Shown: positions 23,530-37,900, counted from the stretch's first letter. The stretch is DNA of 64,000 bases from Hemiscyllium ocellatum (GCF_020745735.1 NC_083424.1:12324999-12388998); one strand, 5' to 3'. The notes: generated by a model from the letters alone, not told the origin. Numbers and translations: made by a program.

Positions 23530-26190
23530 TGGATCTGGTTTCCAGCATCTGCAGTCATTGTTTTTACCTAGTTGATTTTAACCCTACTGCGAATCCTCTT
23601 GCAAGGATGCCTGCCTTGAAGTTTTCCTCCTCTCTCTACAAGAATCTCAGGAGTCCCTCTCCCACTGCAACTCCCAGGTCATTTCCTCTGCCCAGAAGCT
23701 CTTCAACTATGTCGTGAAACAAACTCGCTACCACAGCCACATTTGCTTCGTCAGTGCCTGCCTCCGTAACCAACTCATCCCACATGGACTCCGAACCACC
23801 TTTAAACCAGCAGAGTTCGGACCCGAACAGGACAAACAGTACAGACTACAGATTCAAAAACACCAGCAACAGTTCTCTTTCAGGATCCTCCACTCCACAC
23901 TTGCAGCAAAGAGCCAGCACCTAACCTCTCTACAGTCAGCCCTGCCTCAGCTGAGGGCCACACTCTCTCAGAATTGCAAAGGACCCACTCTGTACTACAT
24001 CCTTAGGAGAATTCATACTCTCAACAAACAGTTCTTCAACTCCATCTCAAACATCAAAAATTGTAAGTACAACAAGCTTTTATCCACCCACCTCCATAAC
24101 CAGCGCTCCTCAAACATTCCAGAAGATTCCCCCAGCCTCAGAAACGCCATTAGCCATGCGGCTGATGCAGCTTCCACCCCCCACGCTGATTGATGATGTC
24201 ACTTCCGCCCCCATCTTGGCCACTCCCACAACCACTTCCGGCCCTCACATCATCGCTGATGCCACACGCTCAGTGACTGCCGCCGCCCCTACTGCCGTGT
24301 CTGCCACGACTTAACGCCCCACCAGCGCCACTCACCTGCAGTCTGCCAACACGCCCCCCACAAACCCCCCAGAACCCTGAGGGGCACATTACCCCTGCTC
24401 ATGACTCCACCCCCATTCCCCCTACCATCACACCCACTCCAGTTACGGGCTCTGCCCCCACTCCCAGCTCCAGACCCACACAAGATCCCAGCGCCCAGTC
24501 TTGCCAGGTTTTCACCATCCCCCCAGACCTCCCCCTCACTGAGGACGAATGATCAGTCCTCAGCAAAGGACTCACCTTCATCCCCCTCCGTCCACACATC
24601 AATGAATTTAATACACGCCGTGACGTCGAACAATTCTTCCGTCGTCTCCGCCTCCGAGCTTACTTTCACAATCAGGATTCTCGCCCACCTTCCGAGGACC
24701 CCTTTGCCCACCTCCAACACACTGCATCCACCTGGATACCCGGCGCTGGCCTATTACCTGCCCTCGACTTCTTCATTTCCAACTTCCGCCGGGACATTAA
24801 CCGCTTCAACCTGTCTACCCCCCTCCCCCACTCTAACCTCTCACCGTCAACGCGCAGCCCTCCAATCCCTCTGCTCCAATACCAACCTCACCATTAAGCC
24901 AGCGGATAAAGGGGGTGCAGTGGTTGTCTGGCGCACTGACCTCTACACTGCTGAAGCTAAACGCCAACTCGAGGACACCTCTTCCTACTGCCTCCTAGAC
25001 CATGACCCCACCCCCATCACCAAACCATCATCTCCCAGACCATACAGAACCTCATCACCTCAGGAGATCGCCCACCCACAGCTTCCAACCTCATAGAACT
25101 GGGCAGTGCGGGGTTCCCGGACTACCTCCTTCCCAAGATCTACAAGCCTGACGACCCTGGTCGACCCATTGTCTCAGCATGCTCCTGCCCCACTGAACTC
25201 CTCTCTACCTACCTCGACACTGTCCTATTCTCCCACCCCCCGCCCCGAGTCCAGGAACTCCCCACATACGTTCGAGACACCACCCATGCCCTCCACCTCC
25301 TCCAAGACTTCCGTTTCCCCTGCCCACAACACCTCATCTTCACCATGGATATCCAATCCCTCTACACCTCCATCTGCCATGACCAGGGCCTCCAAGCCCT
25401 CCGTTTTTTTCCTCTCCAGACGTCCCCAACAGTACCCTTCCACCGACACTCTCATTCGTTTGGCCGAACTGGTCCTCACCCTTAACAATTTCTCCTTTGA
25501 ATCCTCCCACTTCCTCCAGACCAAAGGGGTAGCCACGGGCACACGTATGGGCCCCAGCTATGCCTGTCTCTTTGTTGGCTATGTAGAACAGTTGATCTTC
25601 CGTAATTACACCGGCACCACTCCCCACCTCTTCCTCCGCTACATTGATGACTGCATTGGCGTCACCTCGTGCTCCCGCGAGGAGGTTGAGCAATTCATCA
25701 ACTTCACCAACACATTCCACCCTGACCTTAAATTTACCTGGACCATCTCTGACACCTCCCTCCCCTTCCTGGACCTCTCCATCTCCATTAATGATGACCG
25801 ACTTGACACTGACATTTTTTTTTTTACAAACCCACCGACTCCCACAGCTACCTGGATTACACCTCTTCCCACCCTATCTCTTGCAAAAACGCCATCCCGT
25901 ATTCCCAATTCCTCCGCCTCCACGATATCTGCTCCCAGGAGGACCAGTTCCACCATAGAACACACCAGATGGCCTCCTTCTTTAGAGACTGCAATTTCCC
26001 TTTCCACGTGGTTAAAGATGCCCTCCAATGCATCTCGTCCACATCCCGCACCTCCGCCCTCAGACCACACCCCTCCAACCGTAACAAGGACAGAACGCCC
26101 CTGGTGCTCACCTTCCACCCTACCAACCTTCGCATAAACCAAATCATCCGCCGACATTTCCGCCACCTCCAAAAAGACCCCACCATCAGG
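23530..26190 (+). mobile_element. Penelope-like retroelement (Neptune-like), frameshifted ORF with RT
   Basis: KQTRYHSHICFVSACL..IPHGL N-terminus; IKPADKGGAVVV; LVLTLNNFSF..KGVATGTRMGPSYACLFVGY..FLRYIDD; LPFLD; PLVLTFHP. Multiple frameshifts. Confidence 0.88.
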
Positions 26191-26910
26191 AAGAAGAACA
26201 CCTATACAAGGTATTCAGCAAAAACGGATACCCACGCAATTTCATCACCAGATGCCTTAGGGAAAGACAACGAAATGAGGACATGCCACAACCCAAAGGA
26301 CTGGCCACACTCCCATACATCAGGAGCATTTCTGAACTGAGCCAGACTGCTGCGCCCACTAGGAGTCATAACAGCACACAAACCAACAGCCACTCTCAGA
26401 CAACAACTCACCAGGAGAAAGGACCCGATACCCAGCAGGAGCAAAACCAACGTAGTGTACAAAATCCCATGCAAGGACTGCACAAAATACTACATAGGAC
26501 AAACAGGAAGACAGCTAACAACCCGCATCCATGAACACCAACTAGCCACGAAACGACACGACCAGCTATCTCTAGTAACCATACACTCAGATGACAAACA
26601 ACACGAATTCGATTGGGACAACACCACTATTATAGGGCAGGCCAAACAGAGAACAGCCAGGGAATTCCTAGAGACATGGCACTCATCCACAAGTTCTATC
26701 AACAGACACATTGAACTAGACCCTATATACCGACCACTGCAGCGGACAGCAACTGACAACCGGAAGCGGCAGATTCAAACCAACATAAATGCCGGAGGAA
26801 TCAGCACAGAAGCGCTTCACAGGAAGCTCCCAAGCACTGAAGATGTCACCTAGAAAGGGGACGAAATGTTTGCAACAAAAACTCCCAGCTCGGCGAACAG
26901 AACCACAACA
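26191..26910 (+). mobile_element. Penelope-like retroelement (Poseidon-like) 3' part: GIY-YIG endonuclease plus hammerhead
   Basis: ATLPYI..VVYKIPCKDCTKYYIGQTGRQLTTRIHEH..FDWDN..REFLETWHS..INRHIELDPIY; hammerhead core at 26834-26873. Confidence 0.88.
26834..26873 (+). ncRNA. Minimal type I hammerhead ribozyme motif (slightly decayed)
   Basis: GCA-CTGAAGA-T-GTCACCT-AGAA-AGGGGAC-GAAAT-GTT-TGC; stem I GCA/TGC; two changes relative to the intact copy at 49460. Confidence 0.65.
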
Positions 26911-27169
26911 ATTTGAACCACTATTGCACATACATGCTTTTCACCACAAAGGTGAACAAACCTGAATACAGCACTTCAATTCTGATCTGACTCATGTATT
27001 AAAAAGTTTCATTTCATGGAAGATTATGTTTATTCCTGAAAGCAAAAATCATGTGCAGCCTCTTGTATTTCAAACACCCACTGCATTAAGAATGAATAAA
27101 GTTGTGCTAACAGCAAAAGCGAGCACTGTTGAGAATGGAATTACAACTGCAAGAATTGGCTTTCCTTAC

Positions 27170-27250
27170 CTGATCAGTTGTGCTTCGGGGCAACATTAAT
27201 TCCGTCCGGGCATCCATCAGCTGTTTCGCTTTTTTCTTCATATCTTCATC
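27170..27250 (-). CDS. CHEK2: CHEK2 coding exon 13
   Basis: 81 nt; DEDMKKKAKQLMDARTELMLPRSTTDQ; AG/GT flanked. Confidence 0.9.
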
Positions 27251-29202
27251 CTTGTTTGAAGCATAATTCAGCATGATAAAAATTAATGGCTGGTGTCATT
27301 TGATAGAAACTATGTACAATTCTATAAAGTAACTAAGCAATTAAAAGTTGAAACTGCCTTTGATGAAGAAATTAAAATTAAAACAAGACTTAAAAAAGAT
27401 GCATTACCCAAGGAAAATCCTGAACCCATTCCAACCATAACAAGGTCCTGATCCAGACCAGCCAATTGGGCCCCCACCCTGCCTCTAAGTTCAAGCTGCT
27501 GTGATACCTTACAAGTTGTAACTTGAAACAGTAGAGAGCGTTGGTAGAAGCCCTAATATTCCTTTCATCATATAACTGACCATGACTCTTTCCTGTTGTC
27601 ACTGACAGTCATTTGTGTAGGTGGGAAGGATTTACAACAAAGGAGGCGGTCATTCAACACACATCCCTGTTCCTCACCCAAATCTCAAAGATGTTGGCAT
27701 GTATCCCAGAACACAGAGGAAAGCCCAGGGGCAAGATAATATCGAAGGTTCTGACCAGTCTTTCAAATGATTTTTCAATATGGATGTTACACCAAGGCAC
27801 TGGAGAAATAGCAGTGCAAATAAATAAACTGTGTTAGATACAGACGGGGCAACCTTTCATTTTGAGGAGATGAAATAGGACAAAATTACTACAAGTTGTG
27901 AATAATTAGCTAAATCCAGGTCTTTCTGATAAAGGGAAAAGAAAAAGTTTTTAAAGGTAATAAGAATATTGATAAAATGAAATGCACAGAATCTTGTGTA
28001 TGTATTGATTTTTTAAAAGTACTGCCATAACATGTAGAGAGAACAGATTAACATATTGGAGAGATAGCAGTCAAGTGAAATTTAATATTCAAAGGTGTGT
28101 TTCAATGCATCTTAGAAGCAGAAGTGAATTCAAGTGCAAGGGCAAAGTGATAAAGCCAGTCTTAAAAAAGATGTGATACTAGATTGTACACAACAGAAGC
28201 AGAGATAAAGAAAGTAGTGACAACACTAAACTGCTTTGAATTATTGATTAGACTATTAGAACAGTGTTGAAAAGTGTGGCGCTAGAAAAGTACAACAGGT
28301 CAGGAGCAGGAGAATCGGCGTTTCTGGTATAAGCTCTTCATCTCTGCTTTTCCAGTGCCATACTTTTCAAGTTTGCTTCCAATCCTCACTTTCTCTGTTA
28401 GAGCACCATCTAGTCTCAAAGTTAATTTAAACCAAGGTTTTTGACTATGATTAATGCAAATAAACCTCAGCTTTTTTGTAAGTGCTGGGAAATTCAGAAG
28501 GCAACTTGAAAATTATAAACACTGACTGCAAATAAAACAATTTGACTGGTTATGTCTAAACAGGTATAATTTTACAAAGGGAAAGGGTCAGCAACTTTTT
28601 CTCTCTTCGGTGACACTGTAGTGGTTAGAATGATTCACCAGATATAAAGTTAATGGAATAGAATTTTAAAAATTCAAAACACAAATAGAGTATTTGGAAA
28701 AGTATATGTATTTAGATAAATTACAAGGTTTACGGTTGGGTCTTGGAGAGCTGGCAGAGGCAAAATGCACCAAATAGCCTGGTGTATAAAATTCCAGAAT
28801 TTGAGAGAATAACTACAGACAATTAAGCTTTTCTGAAATTGCAAAGAAATCAAACAAATGTATTTCCTAATATTTCCAATGCTTATCTCCATAACATGCA
28901 TTAGTCTGTTCACTTAGTTTTTTTTTGGTAATGCCCAAGCCTACCCAAGAAATAAAAGCAGCAATAGTTCATGTGACCTTTCAAGCCTGATCCACCATTC
29001 AATAATTTTAATTAAAATTTAAATTAATAAGTTAATTATCATCCACCATTTGAGTAGTTTGATTAACTTGTGGTCACCCCAGTTGATAGTGGGATTTACG
29101 TATCAGCAAGTGGGTTATGACGATTATAGTGACCAGCTATGAGCAATACAACAAGACAACAGCTGGTGTCCACGCTTCAATAATTTTAAATGACATCTTT
29201 AC

Positions 29203-29288
29203 CTGCATCCAAGAGTGATTAAGAGCTTCCTTTGTTGTGAATCTTTTATTTGGGTCCACGTTAAGCAGCCGCTTCACCAAGTCCTTTG
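29203..29288 (-). CDS. CHEK2: CHEK2 coding exon 12
   Basis: 86 nt; AKDLVKRLLNVDPNKRFTTKEALNHSWMQ (kinase subdomain XI). Confidence 0.95.
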
Positions 29289-29873
29289 CTAAGCAGAAAT
29301 AAGGATGGAAATTTATTGTGTACAGAAGAAAGTCATACAAATAAAGTTGCCATTTAAAGGCAGGATAACATTACCAATTAATTCCTCATGCGCAAAATTT
29401 TAATTTTTTTTTAATTCTCAGCTTCCAACCATCTGTTCAGCTATAAAGATTCATAGCTTTAATTTAGGTTGGGAATGAGCATTAAATATTTGGCGTCTTT
29501 CACATTCAAAATCTTGCTACTAAAAAAATCATCAATATCTTTATTAAATTTAGTTTTTCTTGCTTTCTTACATTGTGTCTTTAAAGAAACTGGTAATGCC
29601 TCCATATAGCAACTATGTTGCCCAAATACTCTCCACAAGTGTCAATACTGAATTGAACATTAAAGAATTCCAATGTTCATAAATAGCAAAAACAAAAAAA
29701 ACAAGTTGGTTGTGTGAGTGGAGGAGGAGAAGCTTGGCGGTGGAGGGTGTGGGAGGGAAGCGGGGGTGGGGGGCGGGGGGAAAGAGAGGATGACTTAATC
29801 AAGTTTTAATGCTTTGAATGCTGATCACATTTCACTCACTCAATCCTTTCCCTTAATTACAAATTACACTTAC

Positions 29874-29989
29874 CTGCTTCAGAGACATTTACCCAGCACT
29901 GCGGGATGAACTTGTAATGTCCATTTATGATTTGATCCCTCAAATTCATGTCTTTGATTTGATCACTAAATGGTGGATATCCACCCAAG
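29874..29989 (-). CDS. CHEK2: CHEK2 coding exon 11
   Basis: 116 nt; LGGYPPFSDQIKDMNLRDQIINGHYKFIPQCWVNVSEA. Confidence 0.95.
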
Positions 29990-31190
29990 CTGAAAAACAA
30001 AATGCAGTCTCCATTCTAGTAACTATAGAGGGACTTGGTTATTCACTTTGCCAATTGGTCACCAGATATCCTTCCAAAATAATACTTTGTACAAGACATG
30101 GATGCCAACTTCCTTTCATTGGACTGAGTTATGCAATAAGACAAAAAAAAAATTCATCCTATGAAACATTACATTATCGCTAAGTATGTCTTTGTGTATC
30201 TGGGTTAAATGTTGCCTCAAGTGCAAGACCAAATTTTATGAGGTCTTTAGTATTCACCAATTTTCATGATCTACTGAGGAGGGGCATGCCCTCCTTTCTC
30301 ACTGACCAAATAGTAGCTGCATTTTAAACGGAAGTCAAAACAAATTGTACAACTTATGTTCACCCTCCATTTAATAAAACAAATCTGTTCAGAAGCCATA
30401 AGAATCAATATAGATGAACTGTGTCCTTTTCAAAACTTAATAAATCATTCTGAAGTTTAAGCAAGTTAATATTACATTAATTTCAAACACAGATTAACTC
30501 CACATATACTTTAAGACACTTTCCGGCTGATATTTTTTATATAGGAAGAATTACCTATTTGAACTTCTACAGAGTACAAACAAACAATACAAAGAATGTC
30601 TAAACATATGAAAGTATAGTTAAGAGTGCACAGAAAAAAGACCCACTAGTCCACTCAGCCTATGCCTTCCAGTTCATATATTGCAATACATGAAATTCTC
30701 AATGCCAGCTTCTGATTTGCACACAGTTCAAAACCACATGTTGCCAGGCTTTTAAATGATTTTTTTCGAAAATGGACAAGGAAAAAAAACATTGCAGCCT
30801 ACCTTCAGATGCTATACCTTCCTATATTCTTAAGAAGCATTAACTTTAACTGGCCCACAAAGAAAAGATTTTAGTCATAGTGGATGCATTCTAGTAAGAC
30901 AAATAACTGGAGATACTGGAAATTTGAAACAAAACCATGCTGGAGCAAGTCAACAAGTCTGGTAGCAACTATAAAGAGAAAAACAGACTGGACATCTGCT
31001 TTTCAAAGCAAGTCCTGCATGCCATCAAGTCACTACAAACACACAAGTGTTTACAAACTAACAGTTACTTCAAACAAAGTGAAAATTGCAATTAATTGTG
31101 CTTCAGTTTACTAGATCACTGTTCAAATAAAAATTTCTATCCGAAAACCAACACTTGATCAGATGAAAGTCATGCAAAACAAATGACTTA

Positions 31191-31514
<324 letters not shown>

Positions 31515-31939
31515 TCACAGCAGTTTGCACACTTTACACAGCATTTAACATGGTTCAACATCCATTATATGAATGCGTGAAGGGTGGGAAACAAATGCTG
31601 GCCTTGCCACAACATCTACAATTAACTGAAGAGAAAAGGAGCAAGGCAAATTTAAATGGTAGATTTTTTTGAGATAACTGCGCAGAGGGAAAGTTCAATT
31701 AATATAAATGAATAATTAGGATAACTTCTTTATTTAACCTATTTTAGTAATCAAATTGTTCAACGACATTATTACACACCCCTGGAGCAAGCAGGACTTG
31801 AACCTAGGCCTCCTGGTCTAGGGGTAGGGACACCACCACTCACCCCATATGCTGCTGCACGCAATACTAGAAATACATTGGATTCAAGTTTGGTCAGATT
31901 AGCCTATTCGTATTGCTGTTTCTCTGCAGATAGTAGGCC

Positions 31940-33010
31940 AAGGAGAGGCAACAACAACACCATGCATTTACCATTGGACTAGTGGGGAATCAGTTCAAAT
32001 TCCACCAAGCCAGCTGGAGTTCAAAAGAAAATTAATAAATCTGGAAAATAAAACTAGTCCTGAAATAGCAATTGTTACAACACAGGGTAAACCCTCCTGC
32101 TTAATTTACACCAGCAACACATTAAAGATTTATCCCGTGCAGTAATCTGAAAATTCAAGAGGCCAAGAACTATTTAAAGTAAGTTTATTTGTTAAAGGAT
32201 AATGAACTAATAACTACTTATAACTTCTTCCTCTAACCTATCTTCCCTTCTATAATATAGTCTGATAATAACCTCTGATTAAGATTTACCAAAAATTCAA
32301 GTTTTCAAACAGCCAGCTGTTGAATCTTCTATTTGGATCTCCCAGTGTCTTTTTTTCTTCTTCTTAGGGATTATGCTTCACAGGACACTAATCGATGAAG
32401 GTATCTTTAAGAGCTATTTTTCAGGCAATCTCTACCTGCTGATGGCATAGCAGTTCTCCTCCCAACTGTTCAACGTTCCCTGGTCTTATACCACATCACC
32501 ACCCCCCCCCCCCCCAAAACACTGGATTGCGTCTTTGGCTTTTAAGATTATCAATATACTAAATTCAAACTGGATTGGAATTTGTTTTTTTTTGGTGGGG
32601 GGGGGGGGAATATTATTTAAACTGATTAGCCTAATTCAAATCTGTTTTTGTCTCCAGGCAACCAGCTACTCCAGCAGCTGGACCACGTTACATTGTATCT
32701 TATTCAGAATACTTAGGGCTGTCAGGTAGTTCTGCTAGTTTTTAAACTCTTTTAAAAAGGTTCAGTACACCCACATCTTTATAAAACAATGATGAAACAA
32801 TCATCATAAAAACTCACCCATTCACTAACATACTTTAGGGAAAGAAATTTGTTGTCCTTATCTAGTCTGACAAACACATCCATTCAGAACCATAGCAAAA
32901 GCGGCTGACTCTTACCCAACCTCTGAAATGCCCTGAGTGGCTAGAAAAGCAAGCCACACAGCTCGAGGGATGGAAAACAAATGCTGTCTTTGCCTGCATC
33001 ATTCATATTC
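31940..33010 (+). mobile_element. Deu-domain-like SINE split by a solo LTR
   Basis: B-box-like AGTTCAAATTCC at ~31992; CATTCACTAAC..TTTAGGGAAAGAAATTTG..CCTTATCTAGTCTG resumes after 32790; related reverse copy at ~61180-61430. Confidence 0.5.
32073..32788 (-). mobile_element. Solo LTR, same family as the LTR at 62198
   Basis: Reverse complement matches both ends of 62198-62802 (AGATGTGG.TGTACTG..GAACTACCTGA; AAATTAAGCAGGAGGGTTTACCC..TAACA); possible CAAT TSD. Confidence 0.75.
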
Positions 33011-33740
33011 CATATAAGAAATGAATTAAATTTGAAACTTTTTTAAACAAGCACTCTTGTGTCTAATGAAACATTTTAGGAGATTCTGCTCTCAAATCAA
33101 AAAGCAGACAAGGATTTGGGCTATAAAAAGTGTTTTAAAAGGATAGATACATTTTCAGGAAGAAATTCCAGAACTTGACCTGGATGGCTGCTAGTGAGAG
33201 GAAAATGTAAACTAGGGAAATTTATTCTGGTCTGAGTCATGATCATTACATTCACGTGAGGATTTGCTGCGGTCCGCCAGTGTTGTGTAATTTAAAAACA
33301 GGTGCACAACAAGATCCACAAGGAGGATGAGATTTAAAAATTAAGAGCCAGAAAGGAAGATGGTAACAAAAATTGCCATTTGGTCAAGTAACAGTTGATA
33401 TCAACCAGCTTATCACAATGACAAGATAAAGAAAGCAAAGGTGGAAGTCTTCAATAAACAGAAGTTTTGGAATGTTGTCTAATATCAAGGGTACAGATTG
33501 TTATGGGGTGAAGTCATTTTAAATACCAGTATATAGAAACATTCATAATCAGAATCAGTGCAGCTACAGAATGTTACTGTACAAAATTTCATGCAGAAAT
33601 AAGATAACTGGGTAAAATAGTCCGTATACCACTTGGATGAGATGCAACAGTGGCTGATGTTCAATGCATTGTTTTACTGCCACTCTCAATACTATTTTGG
33701 TTTTACCAGCAGATGGCATCAACTGCATCATAATCCATAC

Positions 33741-33827
33741 CTTAATGAGGCAGTTCTCTTCATTGTTCGCAAGCAGTACATTCTCTGGTTTGAGATCTCG
33801 GTGGGTGATGTTATTTTCATGAAGGTA
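33741..33827 (-). CDS. CHEK2: CHEK2 coding exon 9 (catalytic loop)
   Basis: 87 nt; [29 protein letters not shown]. Confidence 0.97.
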
Positions 33828-34861
33828 CTGTAATTAGATTGAAAATTTAATGTCCTCTGATCTTTTGAACTTTAAACTAAATTATATTTTGTTATGCTAT
33901 ATTATTCCTGTGATTTAGAATCTATGGACATACATAAATATCCAGAATTCCAGATTGATCACTAATGCATCGAACTAACAACAATCGAGTCTACCGCAGT
34001 GACAAGGAAAATGGAGTTTCAGAGTTTAAATGTCTTGTTTCAAGCTTCCTAGAAGACAAGATACAATGCATTCACTTGCTCTCTCCTCTCCAACTCAACA
34101 TTCTGATTTCCTATCTTCCTAGTTCTTTGATCTGTGGCTAAAAAAGGAAGTAACCCCTTCTGGCCTTGCAACCTATAACAATATCATCTAAATTTTAAAA
34201 TATTCTCAAGAGAGGAGTAACAACAGCAAAGCCACATTTATTGCCCTTTTCCTGTTGCCCTGCAAAGAGCCAGTGGGCCAAATCTCAAATAGCAATTGTT
34301 CTTTCTTAAACTGCAGTTTTTGCCAGCTCACACCAGAGTTAATTAAAAGGTCAAACAAATAATTGGAATAGAAACAGAAAATGCAGGAAATACTTAGATC
34401 AGATGGCATCAGTGGAGAAAAAGTTGTTTTAAGATCAACGATTTTATACCAGAACCAGAGAAAAAATTAGAAATGTAATAACTTTTTAAGTGAGTGAAAA
34501 GAGGAAATGGTGGATAAAGATGAACAGAAATGGTTTGTGAAAAAGTAGCAATCTACAGATATTAAACAAAGGAAGTTGGTGGGACAAAGACAAAATAAAT
34601 GGTCAACCTACAAGAAACAAATAATTGGTCGAGAAGAGATGTGAAAGGCAGAATGATGAACAGCTTCCATCCAGAGAGTGAAAACAGAGTAAAATTGAAA
34701 CCTGTAAAGCAAAAAGGAAAGAATATCCATGCAGAAACTGTTGAAAGTAAAACTGATTCCGGAAAGCTGTAAAGCACTGAATAGAAAACCAAAAGATGTC
34801 AAGGACAGAAGGGTCACTGGAGGAATGTGTACATTAATAGCCTTGGGAGTTTGGGGGGGGG

Positions 34862-34903
34862 GTGTGCGCGTGTGCGTGTGTGCGCGCGTGCGTGTGTGTG
34901 TGT
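34862..34903. repeat. (GT/GC)n alternating purine-pyrimidine microsatellite
   Basis: GTGTGCGCGTGTGCGTGTGTGCGCGCGTGCGTGTGTGTGTGT, preceded by a G run. Confidence 0.85.
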
Positions 34904-37900
34904 AAGAAGAGACAGAGAGAGAAAAATAAAGCAAGGTGTTGTTGTTTATGCGGAATGGTGTCTCGGGAAAGGGAGCAGAAGATGGATTAGGTGATGGCAA
35001 CAGTGGCAAAACTGGATGATGATCAACTGAAATTAAGGTTAGCTGTGTGTAAGGTGAGCACTGCGAAACCCTATGATAGCCTGGGAAGGAGGAGGATGAC
35101 TGAAGTGTGGAAAATTAGTTGAGTTGTGAGGAGAGGCAAATCCTTAGCAGAGATAAAGGGAAGAGATGTCAGAAGTACTGGTATGGAAGACTGCATCATC
35201 AGAATAGAATGGAGTTTTACAGGAAATAGGACATGGAGGTAGATGTGCAAGTTTGTAGCCTCGGCTCAGAAACAGAGAAATCGAGAAGGAGAAGCAAACA
35301 GGCAGAGATGACGACATTAAAGTGGGAGAGTAATGTGAAAATTGGAAGCAAAGTTGATGAAATTTTCCAGCTCAGGTAAATAACAGAAAATGGCACTGAT
35401 ATATGACTGTATCAGTGTACTATAAACAAATAAAACAAGGCAAGAGAGGGTCTTCAGAGGTACAGGAACAAGGAAAATTTAACTGATCTTGCAGTTTTAC
35501 TTTTCCCACAAGGTAAATTACCTGTGAAAGAGAATTGTTTCGGGTAAGGGCAAAGATGACAATCTTTCAAGTAATAATAAATGAACTACTTTAAGCATGC
35601 AGAAAGGGAGAAAATGCAGTAAGTAATAAATAAAACATTTGGAACTACTTGGGCTTTTGGCAAGAATGCTAGAATATCCTAGAGATTTGTTTAATTTCCT
35701 TCTTTTAGGTATGGCTGCAGGGAGGATGAATCATGGGTTGGAATATGGGAGTTAAAATTGTCAAAGAATGGGAGGGGCATATAGTTCTGATGGCCTTTTC
35801 TCATCCTTGACATAACCATAAAGTTACATGAAACTGTCAAACACAGAATCAAAACAAGTGACAGTTTTTAAAAACAAATAAGAGTTTAAAAATTCACAAT
35901 TCTAAATACTAGATATTTAACTAGAGATTTATCACCTTTTGAGACTTCTGAGTCTTTTTTCTTAGGCCCCTCGGAACTTTTGGTAGCGTTTTGACAATGC
36001 AAAGTCGTGCTCCCACATGAAGTTCACCAGTGTGACCATTCGTTAGGAGGCTGATGAGATGCGAATAAGTTTAAGCCTCAACAACCACATGTACAAACAC
36101 ATTAAAAGTCAGATGTAATTAAGTCAATTTTCAGATTTAAGATAGGTTCCAGTAAAATGTTAAATTGTAATTGGTGGAAGACAGACAGGAATAACTTTGT
36201 AGTTCTGGGAGAAAGAATAACAGATAAATTTTCCTGTGTCTTAGCAATGTCTAGTGTAACACCAAACCATGTAACATTGCTTCAAATTCTACTTAATGCA
36301 ATTAGCCAAGTTCAGTAAAGGAAGCAGTATATGTAATACTAGTCCTATTGTTGTGATAGTCAATTCATAGCCTGATTTAGTTTCTACCTGCTGGTATAAT
36401 ATTTTTATATTTCTTATTCCAACTCTCTCTCCTAGAACTGCAGGCTTAGGAAATTCTATTCTCAGCATTAAATAAATGAATAATGTTATATTCACCAACA
36501 TGGGTTAATCTAAGAAAATCCTTTTGAATGCAGTAAAGGCAACACTATATATAGAATTGTCTTTGGTGAGTAAAGAACAAATGTGTCCTTAACAATTATA
36601 TTAAAGGAGTGAAAAATAAATAAGGAGATCGGAGGGTAAATTCAGTGACAAATCAGATTTAGAGAGACAGAGAGAGTCACAAACAGAGAGAGAGTGAGAG
36701 AGACAGAGCACAAGCTCATTTTAAAATGTGATACGTTTAAAATTTCAACAACTCAGAACCTCAAGAAAACTTCTTTCCACATTTTAAATTTTCATTTCCT
36801 GGGCAAAAGTAGTGGTTTGGCAGTCGTTATCATTGTTAAATGAGTACTTGCATCAACTTCTACCATTCTACGTGGTGAATTGATGGAACAATTACCAAAC
36901 TTAACAACTGCAGAATGATGCTGTTTCACAAAGCTAATAACAAAATTATAAAAAAATTGGCTAGCAACTTATGACAGTTCAGTTACTGCTTCTTTTCTAC
37001 AAGATTTACTAATCAATTTGCATATCATTTACATGCTTTTTTTTCCAGTAAATCCTTGGCATTAACTGGTAAAAGGTATTTTAAAATGCATGCATACTTC
37101 ACCACTCTAAAAAAAAAATTGGTATTTTTGCAGTCCATATTTCTGACACAAAGTAACATGTCTGCTTGTTTAAATTCTGAGGCAAACGAATTTGGAAAAC
37201 TATATTATTTAGATTAATATTCCACAAGTTCAAAATACTTTGAGATTCAAGCTTGAAATTCAGGTAAAGTTAAGCCAGTCGTAACAGGTTACTAAATCTG
37301 ATGTGCGGCAAGACAACGAGGCACGGCAATGGAATTAAGTAGTAATAAATTTTAGCAACACATGAAGAGGAAGATCTCTTCTGATCAGCAGAGTAAGGAA
37401 AGAGGAAACAAATGAGAATGTTCATTTGAAAAGTGTCTCATGAGACAACTGTATTCATGTTGGTGGATTTCTCAACAAAAATCAGTGGCAGAAATTTAGA
37501 GGACCAGAAAAAGCTCACCTCACCCCAGAAGGAAAGTCACAGATGTATAATAAGTCTGTGCCACAACATATTGCAAACAACCCAGATTAGTAGAGTGAGG
37601 CCATTATCTCTCTGGATGAAGCTCCATTCTTTTGAGCTGCCAGAGAATCTGATGTGGGGGTGGTCAGAATGGGTTTGGAACTATACATTCAGACATGTTA
37701 TGACACATCTCTGGCTCAGTGAAGGGCTTAAGTGATTTTTTTTTTTAAACATACTTTACTGAACCTTAGATATTTATTTACCATGGTGGGCAGGCTGATT
37801 GGTTTGGCATCCACCATCCTTTGTATTGTGGGGACAAGCTCAAGGTGCTTGGCCATGTGGGGAGTACCCATCCTATCATACATGCATTCTATCACACAAA

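Noticed and set aside
25106-26137. 343-aa ORF as an intact or domesticated reverse transcriptase
   Set aside because: Only the middle is in the RT frame; flanking frameshifts show a decayed PLE.
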